A stretch of DNA of 64,000 nt from contig NC_086108.1 in NCBI RefSeq assembly GCF_963921235.1, forward strand, positions 117,244,001 to 117,308,000. Reading direction: 5' to 3'. Below, piece after piece: positions 37,010 through 48,778 of this stretch. This stretch comes from Mobula hypostoma (taxonomy: Eukaryota). The position numbers were made by a program, and so were the translations under genes. The first letter of the stretch is position 1; every line of letters starts with the position of its first letter. A model generated the notes under the pieces. That model was not told the origin of the DNA. It searched no databases and was given only the letters and a program-made list of their open reading frames with translations.

Positions 37010-38225
37010 AAGGTGTGTAGGGGCCGGGGTGGGGGTGTTACAGAGACAGGGAGGGGTGTAGGGGATAGAAAGGTTACAGAGACAGGGAGGGGTGTAGGGG
37101 ACAGAGGGGGTTACAGAGACAGGGAGGGATGTAGGGGATAGAGGGGGTTACAGAGACAGGGAGGGGTGTAGGGGACAGAGGGGGTTACAGAGACGGAGGG
37201 GTGTAGGGGATAGAGGGGGTTACAGAGACAGAGAGGGATGTAGGGGATAGAGGGGTTACAGAGATGGAGGGGTGTAGGGGCTGGAGGGGGTTACAGAGAC
37301 AGGGAGGGGTGTAGGGGACAGAGGGGGTTACAGAGACAGGGAGGGGTGTAGGGGACAGAGGGGGTTACAGTGACAGGGAGGGGTGTAGGGGCTGGAGGTG
37401 GTTACAGAGACAGGGAGGGGTGTAGGGGCCAGAGGGGGTTACAGAGACGGAGGGGTGCTGGGGCCAGACGGGGTTACAGAGTCAGGGAGGGATGTAGGGG
37501 CCAGAGGGGGTTACAGAGACAGAGAGGGGTGTAGGGGCCAGAGGGGGTTACAGAGACAGGGAGGGGTGTAGGGGCCAGAGGGGGTTACAGAGACAGGGTG
37601 TAGGGGCTGGAGGGGGTTACAGAGACAGGGAGGGGTGTAGGGTTACAGAGACGGAGGGGTGTAGGGGCCAGATGGGGTTACAGAGTCAGGGTGGGGTGTA
37701 GGGGCCAGAGGGGGTCACAGACAGGGAAGGGTGTAGGGGCCAGAGGGGGTTACAGAGACAGGGAGGGGTGTAGGGGCCAGAGGGGGTTACAGAGACAGGG
37801 AGGGGTGTAGGGGATGGAGGGAGTTACAGAGTCAGTGAGGGGTCTAGGGGCCGGAGGGGGTTACAGAGACAGGGAGGGGTGTAGGGGCCGGAGGGGGTTA
37901 CAGAGACAGGGAGAGATGTAAGGGCCGGAGGGGGTTACAGAGACAGGGAGGGGTGTAGGGGCTGGAGGGGGTTACAGAGACAGGGAGGGGTGTAGGGGCT
38001 GGAGGGGGTTACAGAGACAGGGAGGGGTGTAGGGGCTGGAGGGGGTTACAGAGACAGGGAGGGGTGTAGGGGCAAGAGGGGGTGACAGAGACGGGGAGGG
38101 GTGTAGGGGCTGGAGGGGGTTACAGAGTCAGGGAGGGGTGTAAGGGCCAGAGGGGGTTACAGAGTTAGGGAGGGGTGTAAGGGCCAGAGGCGGTTACAGA
38201 GTCAGGGAGGGGTATAAGGGCCAAA
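37010..38225. repeat. G-rich 37-bp minisatellite, about 33 copies (GAGGGGGTTACAGAGACAGGGAGGGGTGTAGGGGCCA)
   Basis: The period is directly visible, with four G-runs per unit. Confidence 0.95.
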
Positions 38226-39164
38226 GGGTCTGAAGTTCTATGAATCAGTTCTATTCCAGTGATGGACAGATTCACACCCCTGGAATTCCCATCCGGAGTT
38301 ACCGACTGCAGTCCTGGCTCCGAGTCACGGGATCAGTGCCCATCCTGGCAAACTCAGGGATATTCAAGAATTATTCCAAGGATTCAGAGACTGGTCAAAA
38401 TTGTTTAGGATGAGGTGCTTTGTGAAACAGGGAAGTCTAAGCTAATATTATGCAAAGCGAAGGGAGGGTGGGGTAGGGATCTGATCTCCTGAGCAGGAGT
38501 CTCCCATTCTCCCATCGCCTCTCCCCCACCAAAGGGCTAAGGGAAGAGATCCAATGGGTGAGGGAAATCTTTTTTGTGAGGGGACTAGGGGCGGTGGTGG
38601 GTGGTCACGAAGCCAGGGAGGGTTATGGGGAAAGGAGAGGTACGTAATTGGGGAAAAAATACTACGAGGGGATAATAGGAGAGAGAAGGAATTGAGGTGG
38701 AGGAGGGTATTGAGGAGGGGCAAGCAAACAAAGTGGGAGAGAGGAGTGAGGAGGAGAAGGGAATGAGGGGAGAGGTATGAGAAGGGAGGGTATTGAGGAG
38801 GGGGAAGGTATTGAGGAGGGGAGGTCATTGAGGAGGGGAGGGTATTGAAGAGGGGAGGGTTTTGAAGTGCAGGGTTGGAGAGGTAGGAAATGGAGAGATC
38901 TGATCCAGACGCTGCCTAGTGGAAGTGGGAGGCTGAGTTCAGAGACACCCTTCACGATCCGGGAATGAAGCAGACTTCAGGCAAACGTGTGACTGTGAAG
39001 GCCAAGGCTTCAGGGTGTGACCGAGCCTTGCACAGCCTCGGAGGTCCAGACTCTGGGAGACATGCGACATGTCGATGATGGCAGGCATGAGTGATGGGGC
39101 GGGAGGGTGTAGAGTGGGGGAGATGGAGAGAGATGAGGGGAAGATGGAGGGAGCTGGGGGAGAC

Positions 39165-41400
39165 CCACCCTCACCCCCACACTGACACACTCACCCCCAT
39201 ACTGACACAATCGCCCCACACTGATACAATCGCCCCACACTGACACTCTCACCCCTACACTGACACAATCACCCCACACTGACACTCACCTCCACACTGA
39301 CACAATCATCCCCACACTGACACGATCACCCCATACTGACACAATCACCCCCACACTGACACAATCACCCCACACTGACACTCTCACCCCCACACTGACA
39401 CAATCATCCCCACACTGACACAATCACCCCACACTGACACTCTCACCCCCACACTGACACAATCGCCCTACACTGACACGATCACCCCATACTGACACGA
39501 TCACCCCACACTGACACTCTCACCCCCATACTGACACAATCGCCCCACACTGACACGGTCACCCCACACTGACACAATCGCCCCACACTGACACTCTCAC
39601 CCCCACACTGACACAATCATCCCCACACTGACACGATCACCCCATACTGACACAATCACCCCCACACTGACACAATCACCCCACACTGACACACTCACCC
39701 CCACACTGACACAATCATCCCCACACTGACACAATCACCCCACACTGACACTCTCACCCCCACACTGACACAATCACCCCACGCTGACACACTCACCCCC
39801 ACACCCCCACACTTACACTCTCACCCCATACTGACACTCTCACCCCCACACTGACAATCTCACCCCCACACTGACACAATCACCCCACACTGACACAATC
39901 ACTGCACACTGACACTCTCACCCCCACACTGACACTCTCACCCATACACTGACACAATCACTGCATACTGACACTCTCACCCCCATACTGACACAATCAC
40001 CCCACACTGACACTCTCACCACCATACTGACACTCTCACCCCCATACTGACACAATCACCCCACACTGACACTCTCACCCCTACACTGACACAATCACTG
40101 CACACTGACACAATCACCCCCACATTGACACACTAACACCCACACCCTCACTGACATACTCACCCCACACTGACACACTAACCCCAACAACCTCACCGAC
40201 ATACTCACCCCCTCACTGACACACTAACACCCACACCCTCACTGACACACTAACACCCACACCCTCACTGACATACTCACCCCACACTGACACACTAACC
40301 CCAACACCCTCACCGACATACTCACCCCCTCACTGACATACTCACCCCACACTGACACACTAAACCCAACACCCTCACTGACACACTCACCCCCTCACTG
40401 ACACACTAACACCCACACCCTCACTGACATACTCACCCCCTCACTGACACACTAACACCCACACCCTCACTGACATACTCACCCCACACTGACACACTAA
40501 CCCCAACAACCTCACCGACATACTCACCCCCTCACTGACACACTAACACCCACACCCTCACTGACACACTAACACCCACACCCTCACTGACATACTCACC
40601 CCACACTGACACACTAACCCCAACACCCTCACCGACATACTCACCCCCTCACTGACATACTCACCCCACACTGACACACTAAACCCAACACCCTCACTGA
40701 CACACTCACCCCCTCACTGACACACTAACACCCACACCCTCACTGACATACTCACCCCCTCACTGACACACTAACACCCACACCCTCACTGACATACTCA
40801 CCCCCTCACTGACACACTAACACCCACACCTTCACTGACACACTAACACCCACACCCTCACTGACACACTAACACCCACACCCTCACTGACATACTCACC
40901 CCCTCACTGACACACTAACACCCACACCCTCACTGACACACTAACACCCGCACCCTCACTGACATACTCACCCCACACTGACACACTAACCCCAACACCC
41001 TCACTGACACACTCACACCCACACGTTCACTGACATACTCACCCCTCACTGACACACTCACCCCCTCACTGACACACTAACACCCACACCCTCACTGACA
41101 TACTTACCCCTTCACTGATGCACTATCCCCCACACCCTCACTGACACACACACCCCCTCACTGACACACTAACACCCACACCCTCACTGACGCACTATCC
41201 CCCACACACTCACTGGCACACACACCCCCTCACTGACACACTAACACCCACATCTTCACTGACATACTCACCCCACACTGACACACTCACCCCACAGACA
41301 AGCTAACCCCATGTTGACACACTCAGCCACACATGACACACATACACTGAAGTACTCATGCCCATAATGACACACTTATCCCACACTCTGACATACTCAC
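39165..41400. repeat. CA-rich minisatellite with a CACTGACAC core; ~19-20-bp units grading into ~26-bp units
   Basis: Units CACTGACACAATCACCCCA change to CACTGACACACTAACACCCACACCCT. An internal ~319-bp block duplication is visible (40182 vs 40501). Confidence 0.93.
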
Positions 41401-42780
41401 TGACCCCTCTATTCCCACTTTTTAGAGAGGTAGAAATCTATCTAAAGGAACTCAGGAGGACTAAAGGAAGGTTCGAGGTTGCCCTCACAGACAAGGTGAA
41501 GGAGAACCATAAGGGGCTCCACAGATATATTAAGAACAAATGATTGGAAGGGACAAAATTGGTCCTCTGGAATATCAGAATGGTAATCCATGTGTGGAGA
41601 TGAAAGAGATTGGGGAGTTTAGAAATGGATTTTTTGCACCTGTATCTACTGGGGAAATGGACACAGAATCTATAGAAGTGAGGCAAAGCAGCAGTGAGGT
41701 CATGGACCCTATACAGATTACAGAGGCAAATTAGTGAGCATAAATCCCCAAAGCCTGACAACGTGTTCCTTCGGACCCTGTGGGAGGAAATTGCAGAGAT
41801 TGCATGGGCCCTAGCAGAGATATTTAAATCATCCTTAGACACAGGTGAGGTGACAGAGGATTGGAGGAGAGTCAATATTGTTCCATTGTTTAAGAAAGGC
41901 TCTAAGAATAAACCAGGAAATTATAGGCTGATGAGCCTCACACCAGTCGTGGGAAAGTTGTTGGAGGGCATTCGAAGGGACCGGATGTACTGTATAAGTA
42001 TTTGGATAGACAGGGACTGATTAAGAATAGTCAGCATGGCTTCATGCAAGGTCACTCAAGTCTAACTAATTTTATAGAGTTTATGAGGAAGTTACCAGGA
42101 AAGTGGACGAAGGCAAGGCAGTGGTTATTGTCTACATGGACTTTAGTAAGGCACTTGACAGGGCCTGCATGGGAGGCTGGTCATGAAGGTTCGGTCACTC
42201 AGCATTCAGAATGAGGTAATAAATTGGATTAGACATTGGCTTTGTGGGAGAAGACAGAGAGTGGTAGAAGAGGGTTGCCCCCCCCCCCGGCTGGAGGCCT
42301 GTGACTAGTGGTGTTCTGCAGGGATCAGTGTTAGGTCCATTGTTGTCTGTCATCTGTATTAACAATCTGGATGATAATGTGGTAAACTGGATCAGTAAAT
42401 TTGCGAATGACACCAAGATTGGGGGTGTAGTGGACAGCAAGGAAGACTATCAAAACTTGCAGTGCGATCTGGACCAGCTGGAAAAATGGCAGATGGAACT
42501 AATGCAGGCAAGTATGATGTGTTGCACTTTGGGAGGATTAACCAGCATAGGTACATGGTGAGCACTAGGCACTCAGGAGTGCGGTAGAACAAAGGGATCT
42601 GGGAATACAGATCCATAATTCCTTGAAAGTGGTGTTACAGAGTTGGAAAGAAACTCTATCTACCTGTAATACATTTAGCACATTGGCCTTCATAAATCAA
42701 AGTTCTGAGTACACGAGTTGGGATGTTGAAATTATTTAAGACATTGGTGAGGTCTAACTTGGAGTATTATATACAGTTTT

Positions 42781-42997
42781 AAGCCAGCTGGTGGCATAGT
42801 GGCATCAGCGCCAGAATTTGGAGCGAAGGCTCCTGAGTTCGAATCCAGCTGGTTCCCTTGCACGCTTTCCATCCGTGCTGGGTTGAGTGTCGAGCTAGCA
42901 ACTCTGCCTCGTAAAAATAAGAAAGCCTGCTTAAAAACACGCCCTCATTGTGGCATCCCGATGACTCCACTTGGAGTTAAGGGCTTTCTTCTTCTTC
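42781..42997 (+). mobile_element. tRNA-derived SINE with (CTT)n tail and 14-bp target-site duplication
   Basis: Pol III A box TGGCATAGTGG and B box GAGTTCGAATCC. The duplication TTATATACAGTTTT lies at 42767-42780 and 42998-43011. Confidence 0.88.
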
Positions 42998-43198
42998 TTA
43001 TATACAGTTTTGGTCACCTACCTTCAGGAAAGGTGTAAATAAGGTTGAAAGAGTGTAGAGAAAATTTACAAGGATGTTGCCAGGTCTGGGAGATGTGAGT
43101 TATCAGGAAATATTAAATAAGTTAGGACTTTATTCCCTAGAATGTAGAAAATTAAGAGGAGTTTTAATGGAGGTATACAAAACTATGAGGAGTATAGA

Positions 43199-44290
43199 GC
43201 ATGGGATCCAGGAAAGTTTGGCCAGGTGGATTCAGAATTGGCTTGCCTGCAGAAAGCAGTGGGTCGTGGTGGAGGGCGTACATTAGGATTGGAGGGTTGT
43301 GACTAGTGGTGTCCCACAAGGATCGGTTCTGGGACCTCTACTTTTCGTGATTTTTATTAATGACCTAGATGTGGGTGTAGAAGGGTGGGTTGGCAAGTTT
43401 GCAGACTAAACAAAGGTTGGTGGTGTTGTAGATAGTGTAGAGGATTGTCAAAGATTGCAGAGAGACATTGATTGGATGCAGGAGTGGGCTGAGAAGTGGC
43501 AGATGGAGTTCAACCCGGAGAAGTGTGAGGTGGTACACTTTGGAAGGACAAATTCCAAGGCAGAGTACAAAGTAAATGGCAGGATACATGGTAGTGTGGA
43601 GGAGCAGAGGGATCTCGGGGTACATGTCCACAGATCCCTGAAAGTTGCCTCACAGGTGGATAGGGTAGTTAAGAAAGCTTATGGGGTGTTAGCTTTCATA
43701 AGTCGAGGGATAGAGTTTAGGAGTCGCGATGTAATGATACAGCTCTATAAAACTCTGGTTAGGCCACACTTGGAATACTGTGTCCAGTTCTGGTCACCTC
43801 ACTATAGGAAGGATGTGGAAGCATTGGAAAGGGTACAGAGGAGATTTACCAGGATGCTGCCTGGTTTAGAAAGTATGCATTATGATCAGAGATTAAGGAA
43901 ACTAGGGCTTTACTCTTTGGAGAGAAGGAGGATGAGAGGAGACATGATAGAGGTGTACAAGATAATAAGAGGAATAGATAGAGTGGATAGCCAGTGCCTC
44001 TTCCCCAGGGCACCACTGCTCAATACAAGAGGACATGGCTTTAGGGTAAGGGGTGGGAAGTTCAAGGGGGATATTAGAGGAAGGTTTTTTACTCAGAGAG
44101 TGGTTGGTGCATGGAATGCACTGCCTGAGTCAGTGGTGGAGGCAGATACACTAGTGAAGTTTAAGAGACTACTAGACAGGTATATGGAGGAATTTAAGGT
44201 GGGGGCTTATATGGGAGGCAGGGTTTGAGGGTCGGCACAACATTGTGGACCAAAAGGCCTGTACTGTGCTGTACTATTCTATGTTCTATG
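43199..44290 (+). mobile_element. Young CR1 3' fragment, same subfamily as 23276-26557
   Basis: ORF 43455-44228 is nearly identical to the C-terminus of the 791-aa ORF. It ends in a (TTCTATG)n tail. Confidence 0.95.
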
Positions 44291-44859
44291 TAGATAGGGT
44301 AAATGCAAGCAGGCTTTTTCCACTGAGATTGAGTGAGACCAAAACTAGAGGTCATAGGTTAAGGGTGAAAGGTGAAATACTAAAAGGGAACCCAAGTGGG
44401 AATTTCTTCACTCAGTGAGAATGTGGTACAAGTTACCAGTGGAAGTGGTAGGCTGGGTTTCGTTTCAACATACAAGAGAAATTTGGTTAACAAATTGACT
44501 TATCCAAACAAGGGTATGAAGGACTATGGACCAGGTGCAAGCCAATGGACTGGGCGGAATAACAGTTTGGAATGGACTAGATGGGCCAAAGGGCCTGTTT
44601 CTGTGCTACAGTGCCTTATGGTCTATGCCAAGTTTATTTTCCCTGGGAGGGGGTGGAATCAGAGGCACTGCCTGAGAGGATAGAAACTCTCGCTATATTG
44701 AACAAATATTGTGAAGGAGCACTTGAAGGCAGAGAAGGGCATAGACCAAGTGCTGGGGACTGGGGTAGGGGGAGATGGGTACAGAGACGGTATCACAATT
44801 TGTGCCCCTTCCCCCATCTGCAAAGACATTGCACCAGCCTTCCTCGCCCACACTCCCCC

Positions 44860-46240
44860 CCCCACAACTGATTCAGGCCATCATTATGGTTTTGTGCATG
44901 GGAAACCAGCTCTCACAGATTTGGTCAAGGTAACTTATTGAACTGGGAAAATGGTACAGTTGACGTTTTGGGCTGAGACCCTTCAGCAGAACTGGCTGAA
45001 GGGTCTTGGCCAAAAACGTCAACTGTACTCTTTTCCATAGATGCTGCCTGGCCTGTTGAGTTCCTCCAGCATTTTGTGTGTGTTGCTCGGATTTCCAGAA
45101 TCTGCAGATTTTCTCTTGTGATGAATTGAACTGCAAAGCCAGTGTAGTAGACATGGACTTCAGCAAGGCTTTTGACAAGGCCCCATAGGGTAGTTAGGTC
45201 AGAAAAGTTAGATCCAGGGTGAATTGGCCAACTGAGTCCATTATTACCTTGGTGATAGAAGGCAGAGGAAGGTAGCGGAGAGTTGTTTTTCAATACTTTG
45301 ACCAGAGGGATCAGTGCTGAGTCCATTGGTATCTGTCAGCTACATTAACAACCTGGATGAGAATGTGCGTGGTGTACAATGATTGCCAATGAAACCAGAG
45401 TTGGTTATGTGGTGGACATTGAGGATTGTCTGAATCAGCTGGGAAAGACAGCCAAGATATGGCTGATGGAATTTAGCTCAGGCAAGTGTGAGGTGTTACA
45501 GTTTGACGAATTAAAGTGGGGCAGGCTTTACACAGGAAATGTTCGGGCCCCTGGGGAACAGAAAGACTCAGAGGTACAGTTCAGACTTCCTCGAAAGTGT
45601 GAAACTGGTAGAGAGGTTGGCAGACTGGCTTTCATCAGTCAAGGCATTGATTACAAAAACTGGGAAGTAATTTTCCAGCTGTACAAGACATTGGTGAGAC
45701 TGCGCCCACAGCACTGTTGCATTTCTGGACAATTCACTACAGAAAGGGTGTGATTAAACCAGAGAAGATTAAGGATTCACAAGGACTGAAGGATTTGAGT
45801 TACAAAGAGAGGCTAGGAGTGTTTTCCCTGGAGTGGTGGAGGATGAGGGGTGACTTTATAGAGGTTTATAAAATCACCTGAGGTGCACATAAATGAAACT
45901 GTCACAGCCTTTGTCCCAGGGTCGGGAAGTCTAAAACTAGAGGGCACAGGTTGAAGGTGAAAGGGGAAAGGTATAAAAAGGAATGAGGGGCAGGATTTTC
46001 ACACAGCCAAAGTTGGGTATATGGAATGAGCTGCCAGAGGAAGTAGGAGAGGTGAGTATAATTACAATGTATAAAAGACATCTGCACAGGTTGGTTGGGG
46101 ACAGGGACAGGAAAGATTCAGAGGGATATTGACCAACTCCGAATGGCTGAGGAAGACCATAAGAATTTGGCTGTGGGGAAGGCTGCTTAGTCAGAAAGGA
46201 TGTTGGGGTGAAGGGTCTGTTTTGTGCAGTGTTACTCTAT
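44860..46240 (+). mobile_element. Old degenerate CR1 containing a Penelope-pLTR-derived palindromic insert (~44940-45120)
   Basis: ORF 45379-45753 reads W.MEFSSGKCEVL...LYKTLVR. The insert shares the GATGCTGCCTGGCCTG motif and hammerhead-derived sequence with the Penelope ends. Confidence 0.75.
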
Positions 46241-46789
46241 GATAGGTTGTTGCCAACACTCTGGTCCCTCTGCAACTCTCCCCTACCGACTGCACCATTC
46301 TCCCACACTGTGAACTGTTTACTGTAGGTGAGTGGTGAGGCGAGGGGGAGGAGGGGAGGGGGCCGCTGCCTGGACCTGCTGTGCGAGCAGGTTCCATGGG
46401 AAACCTAGACAGAGAGACTGGGCAACAGTCACAAGGAACTAGTACCAGCTAGATGGGCAGAACGGCGTAGGCAGGAAGATCAGATTATAACGCGTGTTTT
46501 AAAATTGTAGTCAGTTCTAGTTAAACTTCCCCGCCTTGAGGGACCCCCGCGCCTGGACGGACCGCCAGCCCGGTTCCGAAGTTGGTGGGGGCGGGGGGCG
46601 CCGGAGTTGTGTGAGATGGGTGCGAGCCATCTCGGAGCGGCGGCTCTGGCGCCCAGGCTGGACCGGGGAACGAGAGCAGCTCCGCACACACCTTGCGGAC
46701 CATTGACACGGAGTCCAGCCCCGGGGAGGGGCAGGAGCCGTCGCTGCCAGCAAGCCGACGAGTCCGCTCGGCAACAGCTGTCAATAACC

Positions 46790-47185
46790 TGGGGTGAGGG
46801 GTAGGGGGAAAAGGGGTAATAGAGAGGGGTCAGAGAAGCGAGAGAGAGCGAAAGAAAGAAAGAATAAAAAAGACAAGGGAGAGGGGGGAGAGAGAGAGAG
46901 GACAAGAGGGGCAATGGAGAGAAAACGGGGGGTGAGACGGTGAGGGTGAGCAGGACTGAGGGACAGTTTGAGAAGGGATGAGGAGGGTTGAGGCAGAGGA
47001 CGAGGGGGGTCGGGGTAGAGGACGGGAGGGGGGTTGGGGTAGAGGACGAGGAGGGTTGAGCGAGAGGATGAGTGAGGATGATAGAGTGGAAGGGAATAAG
47101 GGATAGAGGGAAAGGGAATGAGGAAAGGAGGGCGGAATGAAGGATAGAGGAAGGGAAGAGGGAATGAGGGATGGAGGAAGGGGAC
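46790..47185. repeat. Polypurine/polypyrimidine low-complexity tract at the start of intron 1
   Basis: Almost entirely G/A on the plus strand. Confidence 0.85.
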
Positions 47186-47218
47186 AAGCACCCCGGTTGC
47201 CGCTCGCTCTGAACTTAC

Positions 47219-47321
47219 CTGGCGCCGCGCTGTAGCCCCGCACGAAGCCGCAGAGAAGCAGCGGGAAGAGGAGATGCCGGCAGCCTTTTAACTTCCACCT
47301 GGTGTCTGAGCTGCCGGTCAT
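47219..47321 (-). CDS. COL11A1-like: Collagen type XI/V alpha chain, coding exon 1 (signal peptide)
   Basis: Kozak context GGCACCATGA. It encodes MTGSSDTRWKLKGCRHLLFPLLLCGFVRGYSAAP plus 1 nt, followed by the consensus donor CAG|GTAAGT. Phase 1 joins exon 2 in frame (G+CC = Ala). The RWK motif and hydrophobic core resemble COL11A1/COL5A1 N-termini. Confidence 0.9.
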
Positions 47322-47749
47322 GGTGCCGACTGTCGGGAGCGGAGAGCGGAGCGCGGAGCGGATCGTGGACTATCAGGCAGAGACGGGCAGGATCAGGGTC
47401 ACACGGCCATGGACACCGGCTCGGCAGTCTCTCGGTCCCGGCCCCGGGTTCCCTCTCTCCGTCTGACAGCCGCTGAGATGGCCGAGTGGGACCGGCGGCA
47501 CGAGCGTCACGGTTCTGGGAGAGAGCACGTCCAGACTGGAAGAGGAGGGAGGGGGGAGAAGTGATGGGGCTCAGGAGGGGGCTTGTGTTGCGGGGGGGTG
47601 GGGGGAGGAGACTGAGAGCAGTTTAAACTCAGGCCGTCAGTCAGCGCAACGAATCAGCCTGGGCTCGGAGCCCGCGGCTGCTTCAGCCGAGCAGCGGCGT
47701 CGGGTAATAATCGGGCAGGGGCGGCATCGGTCACAGGAGCACACGGCGG

Positions 47750-48150
47750 CCAGGGGATAGAGAGGAAGGGGAATGAGGGGCGAGGAGGGAGGGGTAGAGC
47801 GGGAAGAGGGGAATGAGGGGCAGAGCCGGGCGAGGAGACTGAGGGACTAGGGATAGAGTAGGTGAGGAGGGAAGGGGAAGAGTGAGGAAGAGGTAGAGTG
47901 GGGAGAGCGGGTATGAAGGGTGAGGGGTAAAAGTGAGAGGGTAGAGTGGGGAGTGAGGGGAAATGAGGGACAAAGAGGGAGGGGGGAAATGAGTAGGTAG
48001 AGTGGGGAGTGAGGGGAATGATGGGGAGGGGAGGATAGGGAGATGGAGAGAGTGGAGGGGAGTGGGAGTAGGGGAGGACTGAGGAAGGGGACGGGGGAAG
48101 GGGTGCGAGGGATGGAGGGAGGGGAGGGGTAGAGCGGGGGGGCGGGAGTG
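47750..48150. repeat. Polypurine/polypyrimidine low-complexity tract upstream of the promoter
   Basis: G/A-rich, with recurrent GAGGGGAATGAGGG-like motifs. Confidence 0.85.
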
Positions 48151-48778
48151 GGAAGCAAGCTCATCACCTGGCGAGTTAAAAAGGACAACATTACTTCATT
48201 CATCGCTGAAGCTTCCTCGCCCAGTGAATCTGCAATGCAGCATCTCCATTGCAATCACATCCGATTGTGAATTGACCAGAACTGTGGACACCTAGCCAAG
48301 ATTTTATAAGAGTGCAATATAAAGTACCTAACCTTCTAGTCAATGTTTGACTAATGAAGGCCAATAGCTCACAAGACTGTCCTACCTTTGCCGCTGCCTT
48401 CAAGGATCTTTGGGCTTGCAACACAAGGATCTCTTCTTTAATCATCCCAGCATTCATGATGTGTGTCCCAACCTCACGAGTACTCTGAAACTGTGTCATC
48501 TCAGCTTCATGGATTAAACTCATCTGCTATTTCACCCATAGATCCATATCATTCTGTACCCTAAGACCACTCTCTACCAATCTTTGTGTCATCTGATTAA
48601 GTGAGCCACTTTCCTGTTCAACTCATTTCCCATATCATTCAAATAACACCGATTCCTGTGGAACACCATAAGTCCTAAGGATCTAATCACAAAATCTTCC
48701 CTCTTCGATTAGCAATCCACTTCTGCATCCACAACTTCAGTCTCTGGAGTCTCAATTTTGGATTTAATCTGCCAACTT

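Larger units (their letters stand above)
41420..44625 (+). mobile_element. Degenerate CR1 LINE hosting a SINE and a younger CR1
   Basis: KNKPGNYRLMSLT, QHGF, QGSVLGP and FANDTK in ORFs spanning 41694-42561. The 3' part resumes at 44291. Confidence 0.88.
46480..47740 (-). promoter_or_regulatory. CpG-rich promoter / 5'UTR / proximal intron-1 region of the collagen gene
   Basis: CpG density is high at ~46480-46790 and ~47190-47750 against a CpG-poor background. The region is TE-free, surrounds the ATG exon, and has GC boxes such as GGGGCGG at ~47718. The transcription start cannot be determined from sequence. Confidence 0.7.

Noticed and set aside
42781..42860. tRNA gene
   Set aside because: A and B boxes are present, but I see no convincing cloverleaf. 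A body, a CTT tail and a target duplication follow, so it is a SINE head.
47621..47628. TATA-like TTTAAA upstream of exon 1
   Set aside because: It is a weak match, the transcription start is unknown, and GC-rich promoters of this collagen clade are generally described as TATA-less.
46480..48254. Pro/Ser/Leu-rich ORFs around exon 1
   Set aside because: They are translations of polypyrimidine tracts. Only the first 34 codons of ORF 46830-47321 are supported, ending at the GTAAGT donor.
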